Assembly: GCA_951406725.2 (NCBI GenBank)
Contig: OX597823.1
Coordinates: 32,178,001-32,242,000, forward strand
Direction: 5' to 3'
Length of the DNA: 64,000 nucleotides
Source of the DNA: Octopus vulgaris
Lineage: Eukaryota
The translations under genes were made by a program, and so were the position numbers. Shown piece by piece: positions 23,022-36,419 of this stretch (positions are counted from its first letter, which is position 1; every line of letters begins with the position of its first letter). Below the pieces are notes generated by a model that saw only the letters and a list, made by a program, of their open reading frames with translations, was not told the DNA's origin and did no database searches.

Positions 23022-23250
23022 TACACACATATGCGCGCGCGCGCGTCTTTACATTGGTCCCCACAGCACTGAGACAGTCGGTTTGTTTATGTCCCAATGA
23101 AATAGCGATTCGGCCAAAGAAAGCGATAGAATATGTAACAAACATTAAAAGAATAAGCAATTAGATCAATTTGTTCAACGGAACCCTCGAGGGCGGTGCC
23201 CCAGCATGGTCTCAGTCCACTGATTGAAACAAGCGAAGAAAAGAATAAAT
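22240..23250 (+). mobile_element. Two SINE family A copies with internal microsatellites
   Basis: Copies at about 22240-22690 and 22810-23250 with the family A head, core and tail 'cagcatggtc...tgactgaaacaag'. Confidence 0.7.
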
Positions 23251-23285
23251 ATGTGTGCGTGTGTGTGTGTGTGTGTATGTATGTA

Positions 23286-23495
23286 TCGAGCTGGCAGAAA
23301 CGTTAGCACGCCGGGCGAAATGCTTAGCCGTATTTCGTCTGCCGTTACGTTCTGGGTTCAAATTCCGCCGAGGTCGACTTTGCCTTTCATCCTTTCGGGG
23401 TCGATAAATTAAGTACCAGTTACGTACTGGAGTCGGTGTAATCGACTTAATCCGCTTGTCCCCTCTATGTTTAGCCCTTTGTGGATAGTAAAGAA
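23286..23495 (+). mobile_element. SINE family B, young CpG-rich copy
   Basis: cgagctggcagaaacgttagcacgccgggcgaaatgcttagccgtatttcgtctgccgttacgttctgggttcaaattccgccgaggtcgac... Confidence 0.85.
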
Positions 23496-23886
23496 ATATA
23501 GTTATAGTTATAAAAATATGTACACCTAATACAAATAAGCTATTCTCACAATTAATGAATGGATTTAAGTTTGTTTTTTTTTTAATATTGTCACGTAAAG
23601 AGTTGATAGGGATGAAGGCACAATCAGTTGTAAGAAGAAAAGAAAAACAGTAAGCAAAGATGTTGCTGTCTTTCTGGTGTGGGTGTGTGAATTTAGACCA
23701 GTGTCCAAACTAAACACACGCCTCTCGTATTTAAGTATACAAACAAATCCTACTTAGACATTCATTCATTCATCATAAACATGTTAATTATCTGATACAT
23801 ACACATACATATCTCACAGGTTCCTCTTTAAAAAATTTTTACGGACATTAATTTGGAATCTTTTATAATAATCATATTTTAATTAC

Positions 23887-23992
23887 CATTGTTATTCGTT
23901 TTCAGCATCTTGTTGCAATCAGAAGCGAGTGTTTGGAGTAAATTTACAACTGTTAAAGATTTCTTGTTCGGATGACAACAAGGAGCAGCCAT
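23887..23992 (-). CDS. RIMOC1: RIMOC1 exon 1 with start codon (106 nt coding)
   Basis: ataATGGCTGCT start; donor AATG|gtaatt. Encodes MAAPCCHPNKKSLTVVNLLQTLASDCNKMLKTNNN(E). The phase 1 joint gives an uninterrupted 831-nt CDS (276 aa). Confidence 0.75.
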
Positions 23993-24966
23993 TATGCTGT
24001 CTGTTTGGATCATACGATTAGATTTAACTCCAGTATATATATAGATATCACTGCAACTATAACTAATGGGACTTCAATCGAACCAATATTTTCCTCCGCA
24101 TTATATACGCTACTCCGTATAAAATGTTTGGCAGGTAAATTTCGTTAAAAAAACAAACAAACAAAACATTCATTATCAAGAAAGTTACAAGGAAATAAAG
24201 TCGGGAATGAGGAGAATATCCGAAACTTCTCAGCAAAAATTACTTTACAGATTTTTCCACAACATAATCGTATTCTACCCCATCTAAATTCTGGAAAATT
24301 TCATTTTAAAAAAATATGCATTTTTAAGAAAGTTATGAGGAAACAAAGTCGTGAAAGGGGGTCACACTTCTGTTGATATGCCTATATTATTGGACTGATT
24401 CCAATTCATTCGGTCCAATATCCTGAGGTCGTTTCTCAATACAACAAGCACCTGAAGAAGGTCAGAGAAAACAACAACTGAATTACTTTGATTAAACAAC
24501 CAAACTGAAGGCATTGGTCTGAATAAATCTGTGTATAATAATAAATATATAAATATTTACATTTGTTTCATGTAAAACATATAAGAGAAGGAAACAGAAT
24601 CATTGGAACCCAAAACTAATGTGTTTATGGAATAGAAGGCTAATGGATTATATGATATGTCGTCATACAAAAGAAGATATACCACTAGTTATTTCTCCTT
24701 TAACGTGATTAAGTTTTATTTTGCACACACACACACACACACATACTACAAACACACACATACACACACACACACAATGATTGATTGATTGATTGATTGA
24801 TTGACTGATTGGTCGATTGGTTGATTGACTGATTGATTGATTGAGGGGATAATTATAATCCTGGCAGTCACTTCATCAGAACATCACATGGGATTCTGGC
24901 TAGCTTAGTATTCCAGTAATTGAAAGAAGATAGGTGAGTCATCGATTAATAGGAAAGGGATGCAGA

Positions 24967-24969
<3 letters not shown>

Positions 24970-25012
<43 letters not shown>

Positions 25013-25661
25013 GCTCTCATGGCTTCTGATCTTAACTGATTGGAAGTGTTATCATGTACATTGTTTTGTTTTGGTATAAAAGATGGGCTACAGCAAATAT
25101 TCTGCTCAATACCACAGATTTGCTTGTCAGTTGTTTGACCTTAACCAGTTAGCATGTCCCTTAGTGGCTGACGATATGTGCATCTCTGATCACGAGCAGA
25201 AGTAGTGGGGAAGCATCATAGCCATGTGTTGAGAGGGATTCTTTGGGGTTTGTATAATTCACTTCTGGAAACATGGATGTTTCATTCAACATCCTTAAAC
25301 AACCCTTAATCAGGGACCTTTTGAGTGGGATGGGTTACTCGACCTGAAGAAAATTCTAACTGGGCCCCAGCTGCAAGGTCATGCGCTGTTTATCTTGTTA
25401 TGAGATCACCATGTCACGCACATATGGTTGTGATGCATGTGCCTGGTGTACTCTTATCAGACGGGTAGTCATGATGGGTATACTGGGCTTCGTATATTTT
25501 ACCCCAGTGTCACTTTGATGGCATGCACTGCTCTCTCACTCAATAATAATAATAATAATAATAATAATTTCCAACTTGTTGTCTCTTGAGGTCTCTGGGT
25601 AAGATTTGGAGCCAGCTTGTGCAAATGTAAAGCAAAAGTCAAACATAGAATAATAATAATG

Positions 25662-25695
<34 letters not shown>

Positions 25696-26270
25696 CCCTG
25701 ATGCAGTACCAGGCACTGGCTCCCATGGATTCTGATCTAAACTGATTGGAGGTGTTATCATGTACATGTTATGGGCTACAACAAATATTCTACTTATTAC
25801 CACAGATCTGCATATCAGTTGTTTGACCTTAACCAGTTGAGCATGTCCCTTAGTGGCTGACGATATTTGCATCACTGATCACGAGCAGAAGTAGTGGGGG
25901 AACATCATAGCCATGTGTTGAGAGGAATTCTTTGGGGTTTGGATAATTAACCTCTGGAAACATGGATGTTTCATTCAACATCCTTAAACAACCCTTATTC
26001 AGGATAAACAACCCTTGTTCAGGATTTTGAGCAGGATGGGCTACTCGATCTGAAGAAAATTCTAACTGAACCCATCTGTACGGTTATGCACTGTTTATCT
26101 TGATGAGATCACTATGCTGTGCACATATGGTTGTGATGCATGTGCCTGGTGTACCCTTATCAGACAGGTAATCATGATGGGTATACTGGCCTTCACATAT
26201 TTTACTCCAGTGTCACTTTGATGGCATGCACTGCTCTTTCACTCAATAATAATAATAATAATAATAATAA
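24970..26270. repeat. (AAT)n-flanked array: two ~520-550 bp non-coding repeat units plus a short element end
   Basis: About 25012-25541 and 25695-26243 are direct repeats of each other. Each unit, and the ~80 bp piece at about 25570-25650, is bounded by (AAT)n runs. Confidence 0.75.
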
Positions 26271-28640
26271 TTGAAGAAGTATGGTGTAGATACAAAAGGT
26301 CTGAATATTGTAATTGAAGAACTGAAGCAGTGCATACTTGCCAAAAAAGCAAAGCTAACTAGGTTCAAAGAACGGATTAAACAATACCAGCAAAACCAAT
26401 TGTTTAGAATCGACAAAAAAAAAATTTATCAAGAAATTAATGATGATATAGAATGTGAAAGATTAATTCCTGATGCTGATGAAAGTCAACAGTTTTGGGG
26501 TAAGATATGGAGTAAGCAAGAACATAATACTGCAGCTGAATGGCTCTGCAGCCTGAAGTAAACAACTTCTTATCCCCCAAAAGAGGCTATCCATTTCACA
26601 GAAGACAGCATCAGATATATGAGTAAAAAGATAGGCAACTGGAAAGCTGATTGTGTGTACAGGGATTTTAGATAAAAAAAGTTCAGTAGGTGCCACAAAT
26701 TGATTGCAGAGCAATTTAATGCATTGGTCGATGGAGAAGAAATCCTGGGTTGGTTGACAAAAGGGCAAACAATGTTGTGTCTGAAGGATACATCAAAGAG
26801 AAATGCTGCCTCTCATTAATGTGGAAGTTACTGTCAGAAGGAATTGCAAAAGAACTGTACAGATTTTTTGATGAGCATGATATATTACTGACAGAACAAA
26901 AAAGTTGTAGGAGGAGATGCAGAAGTACCAAAGACCAATTTTTGATAGACAAAATGGTAATGCAAGATTGAAAACAAAGGAGGACAAATTTGGGAATGGC
27001 CTGGATTGATTATCGCAAAGCTTATGATATGAGCCCACATTCGTGGATCATCAAGTGCTTAAATTTGTTTGGAACTACAAGGCATGTAACATATTTTCTG
27101 AAGAGAAGTATGGTTGGGTAGAAAACTGAGTTGGGCACCATGAGCATCAGAAGAGGGATTTTCCAAGGCGACAGTTTATCACCATCGCTTTTGTTCTCTG
27201 CGTAATCCTTCTGACCTTAATACTTAGGAAAATGAACTGGGACATCAGCTAAAGGGAAAATCTCAAACAATCAACCACTGCCTTTTCATAGATGATTTGA
27301 AGATGTATGGCAAGGATGAAGCACAAGTGAGTTCTTTGGTGAACACAATCCACTGTTTTAGTGTTGATTAGAATGGAATTTGGACTCAAGAAGTGTGGCA
27401 CAATGTACCTGAAAAGAGGCAAGGTACAGTTCCATAGAACTACCTAATGGAGAACTGATTAAACAAATTGAAAAGGAAGGCTATGAATATCTTGGAATAC
27501 AAGAGATCAAGGGAATCATGGAAAAGGAAATTAAAGAACAACTGAGGATGGAATATTTCCGAAGATTAGTGTTGCGCTCAAAATTGACCGGGACGAAATA
27601 AAATCCAAGCAGTTAATATATCGGCAATAGCATCACTTTGGTATGGAACTGGAATCATAAACTGTACTTGTCTAGAAGAAAGCATGGGAGAGGTTTGATC
27701 AGTTGCCAGGATTGTATGGAAGCAGACAACAACAGCATAGGGTGGCATGTAAAAAATACCAGGGAATCATTGTTGAAACATGCGAAGAAGTCCAGCATCA
27801 TCAAAATTGATAATTGTGTAAAGAAAGAAAAACTCAAAAAGGAAAAGAACACACAAAAAAAAAAACAGCATGGAAGGAGAAAAAAATGTACGGTCAGTTT
27901 GCAAAAGGTACAAACATCAATACAGATACAGAAGACCAGTGGCTATAGATGAGGAAGAGTGAAGTTAGAGACACTTATATGTGCAGCACAAGAACAAGCG
28001 ACAAGCTTTAAGGACTAACTATGAGAAGTGCAGACTCGACAACACTACAAACAACAACAAATGCAGAATGTGTGGTGAGAGGGGTGAAACAGTATGGCAC
28101 ATCATTAGCGAATGCCTGAGTTTGGCACAATGCAATTACAAAAGACAACATGACAATGTGGCAAGAATGATCCATTAGGAGCTCTGTAGAAATCACAGCC
28201 TACAAAGAGCAAAGATGTGGTATGAGCAAACCCTAGAAGGAGTCACTGAGAATGAAGATTGCAAAATTCTGTGAGATGCATGATTCAATGCGATCACCTG
28301 ATCAGACATCAGAAAATGGACATTGTTGTGGTGAATAAAAAGAACGAACTTGCATGATAATCGACATAGCATGTTCCGCTGACCAGGATCAGAGAGAAAG
28401 AAGAAAAAATAAACAACTATGTGGGAAAATATGAAGGTTGTGGTCAATGAAGAGAGTAGATGTGGTACCAATTGTAATTGGCACACTTGGAAGTATCAGC
28501 ACTCAACTACCAACATGGCTGAAAAAGATTGGTACAAATGTAAAGATAGAACTCCTGCAAGAATCAGCATTGTTTGAAACTGCAAGAGTTCTTCACAGAG
28601 TTCTTGAAGCCTGACCAAGTTTATGTTATTAGCCTTGACA
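26271..28640 (+). mobile_element. 5'-truncated decayed R4/Dong-clade LINE (RT + CCHC + RLE)
   Basis: QYQQNQLFRIDKKKIYQEIN; TKDQFLIDK; AWIDYRKAYD..PHSWI; RRGIFQGDSLSP; FIDDLKMYG; CRMCGERGETVWHIISEC; HDNVARMIH. Many frameshifts. Begins directly after (AAT)n. Confidence 0.88.
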
Positions 28641-28717
28641 GCACACACATAGATCGTAGCAGATGAGAATCGTCTGTGATGGGCACCAGAATTCCCATAT
28701 CACTTGTCATTTTAGAC

Positions 28718-28912
28718 CAGTGGTTCTCAATCGCAGCTCCCAGTGCTGCGTGCAGCCCTCAAGCATCCTTTCGGCTGTCCCCGATGGTTTTTTTCCCTAT
28801 AAGTAAAAATTTTTCTTTAATTGAATTGTGCATTACCTTTTGGGGGTGCTGCCCCTAACAAAAACCTTGGTTTAGGATCTTGTCTGGATATTAAAATGGT
28901 TGAGAACCATTG
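28718..28912. mobile_element. hAT (Charlie-like) MITE, 195 bp
   Basis: TIRs cagtggttctcaa (28718-28730) and ttgagaaccattg (28900-28912). The 8-bp flanks ttttagac and tttcaggc form a degenerate TSD. Confidence 0.75.
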
Positions 28913-29414
28913 TTTCAGGCAAGCAGAGACTAATGGCCTGGCAGTCGTTTTTTGACTGGTCAAACAGAATACACGGCTATTTTTCACCATCATTGCATGA
29001 TGTTATTTTGTTCAAATAAGGACAAGTAGTCTGTGAGCCATGTTTTAGCTATACAAACACGATGTCTCTCTTTGCTGTCACTGACAGTCATGACTAAGCT
29101 GGTCTCTCTTTCTTTCTTTCTTGCAGGTTTTTCTCTTTACGGCTAGCCATAAGTTAGTTATACATATTTCACTCTACAACACAAATTATTCCGTAGACAA
29201 GATCCTTTTCTTTACAAACTGACCCACTGACTTTGACAACATGAAAATACATATGTACATTTTTCATTCAACAGCATAAATTATCTAATTGATTTCTGTG
29301 TTTACATTTCTACAAATTATTTTATATAAATTTTTTCTTGATTGATATTGTAAATTAAGGGTTAGACATTGTTTCTGAATTTTGCTCAATTTTGATTTCT
29401 ACTCACAACCCATG

Positions 29415-29905
29415 TTGAACTGGCAGAATCGTTAGCACGTCAGGTGAAATGCTTAGCAGTATTTCATCTGTCTTTACGTTCTGAGTTCAAATTTCACCAA
29501 GGTTGACTTCGCCTTTCATCCTTTTGGGGTCGATAAATTAAGTACCAGTTGTGTACTGGGGTCGATCTAATCGACTTAATCCCTTTGTCTGTCCTTGTTT
29601 GTCCCCTCTATGTTTAGCTTCCTGTGGGCAATAAAGAAATAATAATAATAATTATTATTATTATTATTATTATTTAACCAAGATTTCACCTACAAGATGG
29701 TGATCTGATAGATTCGATAACATTTCAGACAAAATGCTTAGCAGCATTTCTTCCAGCTCTTTATGTTATGAGTTCAAATCCTGCTGAGATAAACTTTGCT
29801 TTTCATCCTTTTGAGTCTATAAAATGACATACTGTGCTAGGGTTGGTGTAATCGATTTTGCCCCTCCCATCAAAACTGCTGGCCATGTGCCAAATTTTGA
29901 AACCA
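29415..29905 (+). mobile_element. SINE family B copies (one intact-like, one old)
   Basis: Family B consensus at about 29415-29640; a degenerate copy at about 29700-29905. Confidence 0.7.
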
Positions 29906-30859
29906 CTTTCCTGTTGCGATGCCTAATGATTAGGTCCCAACCACACTTAGGTCTAGTGACATGTCGTGGATATTAACCAGACAACTCGCTGGAATATCAC
30001 CCCATATTAGAGAATGTTCTATTCTGTTCCAGTAGTTCCCACGCTTTTGTGGTTATATATGCACAACTCATTTCAGAAGCACAAGCAACAAGCCCTTTAC
30101 ATCGACAAGTTTCTCTTGGCCGAAGTTCAGCACTGTGTTAAAAGGATTCTTCAACAAGGATGGTCAAAGCTTCTCACATGAATCTAATGCTTTCTGGTAG
30201 TGATGTAATTACAAACTACATTCGTGTCTAACACATCACTTTATACAACGGGCAAACCACAATTAAAATTGTATTTATTGTAATAGACTTCGATAACAAT
30301 AATGTTATTTCAACAACATTCTGAGTTGGTTTATTATGAGTTATAGCTAAATTTAATGCTCATTCAATGAGCCCAACATTAGCAAGGCCTAAATAGGTTT
30401 GCTTTTTGTTATTATTTAGAAAATGAAAGAAAAAATATTGTCTGTTGTCAGTTATGTCATTGGATAATCTTTGATACCCTACAACTGTAAAAGGTATTCA
30501 CATTTCCTTAATTATGCACACCAAAAAATATTAACATTTCTTTGAAATCATTTATAACATTATTGCGAGTGCTCTCTATTAGTTATTCCTTCACTGTTCT
30601 CATGATCATTAAGTATTTGATCAATAAGAATAATTATAATTAATTCTAGAAAATAATAAAGATAACAATTCAGAATAGCTGTAAATTATTTAGAAAAAAT
30701 TATCAGGAACCAGTTGATTCGTTTAAATTTTTTTGTCTTCTCTGTATACATTTTGTAATAATAAGTGAATTGATTGGTTAAACTTCGGTGGATGAGTATA
30801 TTTTCACTGACATCTATCTATATCTATTAACAGTTGTTTGGCCGGAAATATTCACATTC

Positions 30860-32120
30860 TTTGAGATGTTTTATATTTCTTTACACCCTCTCCACTTCTA
30901 CATATGCCTACTGATGTTAGATTTCAACGAGACTATCGTCACTTGAGTCTTTTGAAAGTGAAGCCAACAATATCTCCTGAATCAATATCCTCAAAGCTGA
31001 GTTCTTTTACAATGGTAACAATTTCATTAATGACATCGTTTATTGGATTTTTAAAGCCGCTAAATTCATTATCGCATTCAGGCAGAAGATTCTGCCAGAC
31101 TGCTCCCATACAGCTAACTGGCTGTCACTTCTAATGATTTGTGAATATTTCCAATTGTTTGCTTAATATTATTTTTATCCAAAAGCACTTTCTTGGTTAT
31201 AGTATTACCTGTGAGAAAGCTTTTCAAATACAACTGGTCATAGCCATTGTTCCATCATTCTGGTCGTGGTACAAATATAACCAACACATTAATACAAAAA
31301 TCATTGAGTTAGGATGACTGGGAGTATTCTTATCAGGAATTAAAAGAGCTGCAAAGTTACATAATTTTTCTTGCAATAACTTTCAATTTCTGAGCAAAAA
31401 TGCAACATGAGGCAATCATCAAAGTAATCCACGTCTTTTTATTAGATTGCTGAATCACTAAAAGTTATTGCTTATTGCAACATTTTAAAGGCTTTGGATT
31501 ATTATTCAACAAATAGGCATTGGTTTAGATTCGAAGCCCTCTCAATGGTTAAGTGATTTTTTTAATGCTTTTTAACCAGGTTATGATGCTTCACTTTTTA
31601 CAAAAGGTTCTTGATGGCTATTTTAGATGAATGGCTGGTTTCAGAAATGTTGAAAATTTGATGATCATAGTAATTATTTTCCTTGATTATTGTTTTATTG
31701 TGCAGCAAAATATTTAGCTGCAATGCCTTCATCTGCTTTTTCACTTCTTTTATTCTTAGGTTTTTCATTCATTTTCTAGTTTTGACGTTTTCTAATCATC
31801 TTAGAAAGCATAAGATGTCACAAAGGAATTTATATGTCCTGGTATGGTGCATTAAAAACTTACACAGGCTTTCTACAAATCTTGGAAATTTCTGATTTGT
31901 CTCAAACACTCACAGGTGGCACATATATATTGTACAGCTTTACAATGCTTTGTGTATACTGTTTTAGCTATTACTGCTATACCCAAATATTTATCACAAA
32001 CATACATTTTTTTCAATTTCATAGGTTGGTCATTATCCAATGCATGTTTACATAGCTTGATCAACGGTGGTTAATAATTCAATCTAACAGCAAATCTTCA
32101 TGGTTATTATTTGTGAAAAA
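30860..32120 (-). mobile_element. Decayed pogo/Tigger transposase
   Basis: Minus-strand remnants across frames: ENVKTR (CENP-B HTH region), IIKENNYYDHQIFNISET (compare QIFNADETGL), SNKKTWITL (compare NKKAWMT), QNLLPECDNEFSGF...INEIVTIVKELSFEDIDSGDI (Tigger C-terminus). Confidence 0.75.
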
Positions 32121-34329
32121 TTGTGGTTAGCTGATTAGTGAAGTTGAATTTGGCTGCGTGTTGTTCCTCCAAAATAACCAAAACCATCAAAGATTTCTTA
32201 CTTTTTTTTCTTTCTGACGAGACCATTTATTTACACATTACTTGACAATATTTACAGTTGTACTTACTGGGGCCAGTTAGCTATATATGTGTTTTTGACT
32301 AAGAATTTAATAGTTACATATTCATAGTATGAGAGGTAGGGAAATTACACGTTCATGGTAAACAAATGGTTTCTTTTAGCCCAAGTACTAGCATAGCTAG
32401 AGAGTGTGCTGCCCAGGGCGGCCCTTCAGTTTTCCACTCCAGGGTCAACCCCGTCCCAAAAAAAAACATATTGCCTACAGCAGACCCAAAAGTGGTGCTA
32501 CGCAGGACCGAACAGCAACCAAGAAACTTGACTTCTCACAGATCTCTTACATGTTTGGCTTTATTGTGATATGCAATTACATTCATAACCAAATTTTGGC
32601 AGGAACATAATGGAAAATCCACTAGACAACTTGCAATCGAATGACTGGGCTGAAATATGATTGGTCGACAATTAGGGCGATGCTGTCTGATGTGCTCTGG
32701 CCTACATCTTGGTACAGGGCTAACAAGGTTTTGATTCTTAGTTTCGTTACACATTCTACAACCCAGTCGTTTTTTAGCAGACGTATAAATCAGTTAAAAC
32801 TACTAACAAGCAAATCATGGGTTTCTCTATTTTGGCTGACATGTTAGCATTCAGAAAGACTACGCTTTAAGGGAAAACCTAAGCGTGGGCCTTTGTTCGA
32901 GTTTGTTTTCATCTTTCACTTCAGTTGCTCAGCTTCATTATATAATTAGTTGCAATATAACAAATGATTTAGGGTAGTGGATAAAAGAGTCGAAAGGGCG
33001 TCGGATAAAATACTTTATGGTATTTAGTTACGTCCCTTCCCTTTCTGAGTTCAAATCCGATGCAGGTCAACTTAACTTTAGATAATTTATATTTTAAACG
33101 TCTAGTGCTCAGTGAATAATGGTGACTAACTGTTACAAATGCTGGGTGATGTTTGATGGACAGCTTTGCTTTTTACATGTAGGATAACTCTTAAAGCCAC
33201 TTGTTTGTAGGATTTGTCAATAGGTGAGGTGTATAGAAGCATACTAAAGTGTTTGTTTTCGTTACACGCATTGAAAAGTTTCGGAAAAATTCACAGCTTA
33301 TAAAGTAAAGATACAACTAATTAGCCATCTTGAATGGCTAGAGGCTGTTGCCTGATCTGTTGATGTGGGTTTCCAAATCAGTATAGATTCATTCAGCTGC
33401 AAGGTTGTATATTGAGGGAAAACTACAAATTGTGCAAGTTAAAGTCAGTGACTATGTAACAACAACCAGAAGAGAGCTGAGATGAATGGTTTTCAATATA
33501 AAATGAAAAATAGTACAATGACTAGTGATAATTAATAAGTGAGTGTGATTCATAGTTACACAGCATAAGTTAGCTTATGGTCAATACCAGTAGCATATGG
33601 TGATCATTGTCACAAAGTATGCATTATGCTACTCTGCTAAAACTGTCAATGTAAGTATTAAATTATCACTTAAAAATAACATACTTAATCTGTGTTTTTA
33701 GTGCATCTTATTAAATTTATAGACAGATTATTACTAGATTAATAATACTGCAACAGTAGAATTATTATAAAGAATTTTTAGTAAACTGATGCATATATCT
33801 TCACAGATATATGGAATGTTGCTCAGCCTTCGGTCGTTAGCCATTATTTTGATTACATTCCCAGTAACCCACCACCCCTTCAGTGTCATATCCTGATACA
33901 ACAGGTTGTGGGATGTGCACTACTATCTCAGAACAACTGTCACATTGTTGTATTTCATAAGAACACACACACACACATGCAAAAATTGTTTCTTATTATT
34001 AAATTATTGAGTGAGTCTAATATTTATGCATGAATTTGCCATCGTCGGCAGGTGTACGCAACACACCTAACATATCTCTGGTCAATACAATTATGGACTG
34101 AGTGACAACTCCGGGTCATATTGATTATTTTTCGCTTAGTCACAGGGATCATGGATAATTTTTGTAGGGGAAGGGGTGAAGTGTAGAATATTATTAGTCC
34201 TTGTATCTTTGAAGAGACAAAGGTGAAGTCTATTTGAACGAAAATCAAACCAATGAGGTACAGAATTAGATAACATAAAACTTCCGTACAGACTCCATGC
34301 AGACACTTCTATCAGCTTCAATGGCATGT

Positions 34330-34976
34330 TATTTTTTTCCGTCCCTCCTTTATTCTGTCTGTCAGCCTATACCATTTTCCTTCACTTCATTCTTCTATCA
34401 TTCCTTCAGTTCTTCATTTCATCCCAATCCTGTCTTCCACCCCATCCCACTTTATACAATATATCTCTGTCGTTCCTAACAATCTCCACCTCTCCTTTCT
34501 CTTCTGTCAGCTCTTCTTTTAATCTTCTCCCCCTTCTATCGGTTCCTCCTTTCCATCGCCACTGCACTCTTTATCCTCTCATCTCTCTCCTCATACAGCT
34601 ACTTCAACCTCTCATCATCTTTCTCTTTCTTCATCACACCTAACCTCCTTCTTCACTTCCCTTTTCATTTCTTCTTGTACTCATTCAATTTTACTTTCTT
34701 CCAATTATGTCACCTCTCCTTCCCTTGCTTTCTCTTTCTCTTTTCACCCTCTTTCTCTCTAACACACACACCAGCTCGTTCTGTCTTTTCATTCCATTCT
34801 TTCATCAAACTCCCTCTCTTAGTTCTTTCGTCATCTATTTTCTGTCTTTCTCTCATTCATTCATTCACTCTTTCTTTCGTTTCCTTGTCCCCCCCTCTCT
34901 CTAGTCTGTCTTACTCTCATTTGTAGTTCCTCAATCTTCAGTTCCCTTTCTTTATCTCTTTCACGCTCTCTCTCAC

Positions 34977-35008
<32 letters not shown>

Positions 35009-35260
35009 ATCTCTTTCTCTTTTAAAATTATTTCACTCTCATCCCTTTATTTTTATTCTCTCCATTTCTCTTCTTTTTTCCTTCCTCTCCCCCTTTCCTC
35101 TTTTACTTCATTCTTCTTTCACTTTCTCTATTTCTCCGTTACCTTTTTATTTCTTTCACTCTTCATTCGTTTCCTTCATTTTCATTTCTTTGCCTTCCTT
35201 CATCTATTTCCATCTCTCTTTTACTTCACTCTCATTATCCCCATTAAAACCATTTCCTCC
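34330..35260. repeat. ~0.9 kb CT-rich polypyrimidine low-complexity tract
   Basis: Almost G-free plus strand, including (CT)n at about 34965-35010. Confidence 0.85.
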
Positions 35261-35788
35261 ATTATCTGTCTGAGTCAGTCAGTCAGTCAGTCAGTCAGCC
35301 AATGTGTGCCTTTGTCTAATGTTACGATATATCGTCTGCTCCTTCCATATTTTCCACCATGCCTCATTTACCTTCAACTTCAACAAAACATCATCAAAAA
35401 CAACATGACAGGAAAGCTTCATCAGCTAAACCGTTTTAAATATTGTTTGATTGATAGTTGTATTAGCAAGTAACCTCAAACGATCTCAATTCTCATTTTC
35501 TCTTGCACTGGGATGCAGCAGACATTTTAACATGAATTTCTGTTTTAACTATTTTTTCTTATTTTTTGTTATTATTTTAGGCTTAGTTTTATTTTATCAT
35601 TTTCCTTTCTTTATTTCGTGATTTATGTGTTTGCTGTTTCTCTGTGTGAAATGTTTTTTTGCTTCGTTTTTGTCTTTACATTCGGTTTACTTTCCATGTA
35701 AGTAAATTCCATTTAGTTACAACAGTCCATCTCACTTTCTCACAACACTTCCTCCATCCTCTCTCTTCAGTATATTTTTGTGGATTTG

Positions 35789-36262
<474 letters not shown>

Positions 36263-36419
36263 ATTAAGGCATATTGGCTTACCAACACTTAACTGAAAAG
36301 CTTGAAAAATTGTGGATCCCCTTGCATGATACCAATGGTAGCATTGTTAATCTACAAATAAAGTACATACATACATATGTATATTTATATGCATACATAC
36401 ATTTTTTTTCCTTCAAACG

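Noticed and set aside
24124-24140. Possible first exon of a divergent gene (ATG TTT GGC AG|gtaaat), perhaps joining the acceptor at about 29126
   Set aside because: It lies at the edge of an internally repeated, transposon-like segment (24110-24390). No convincing downstream coding exons or recognisable protein were found.
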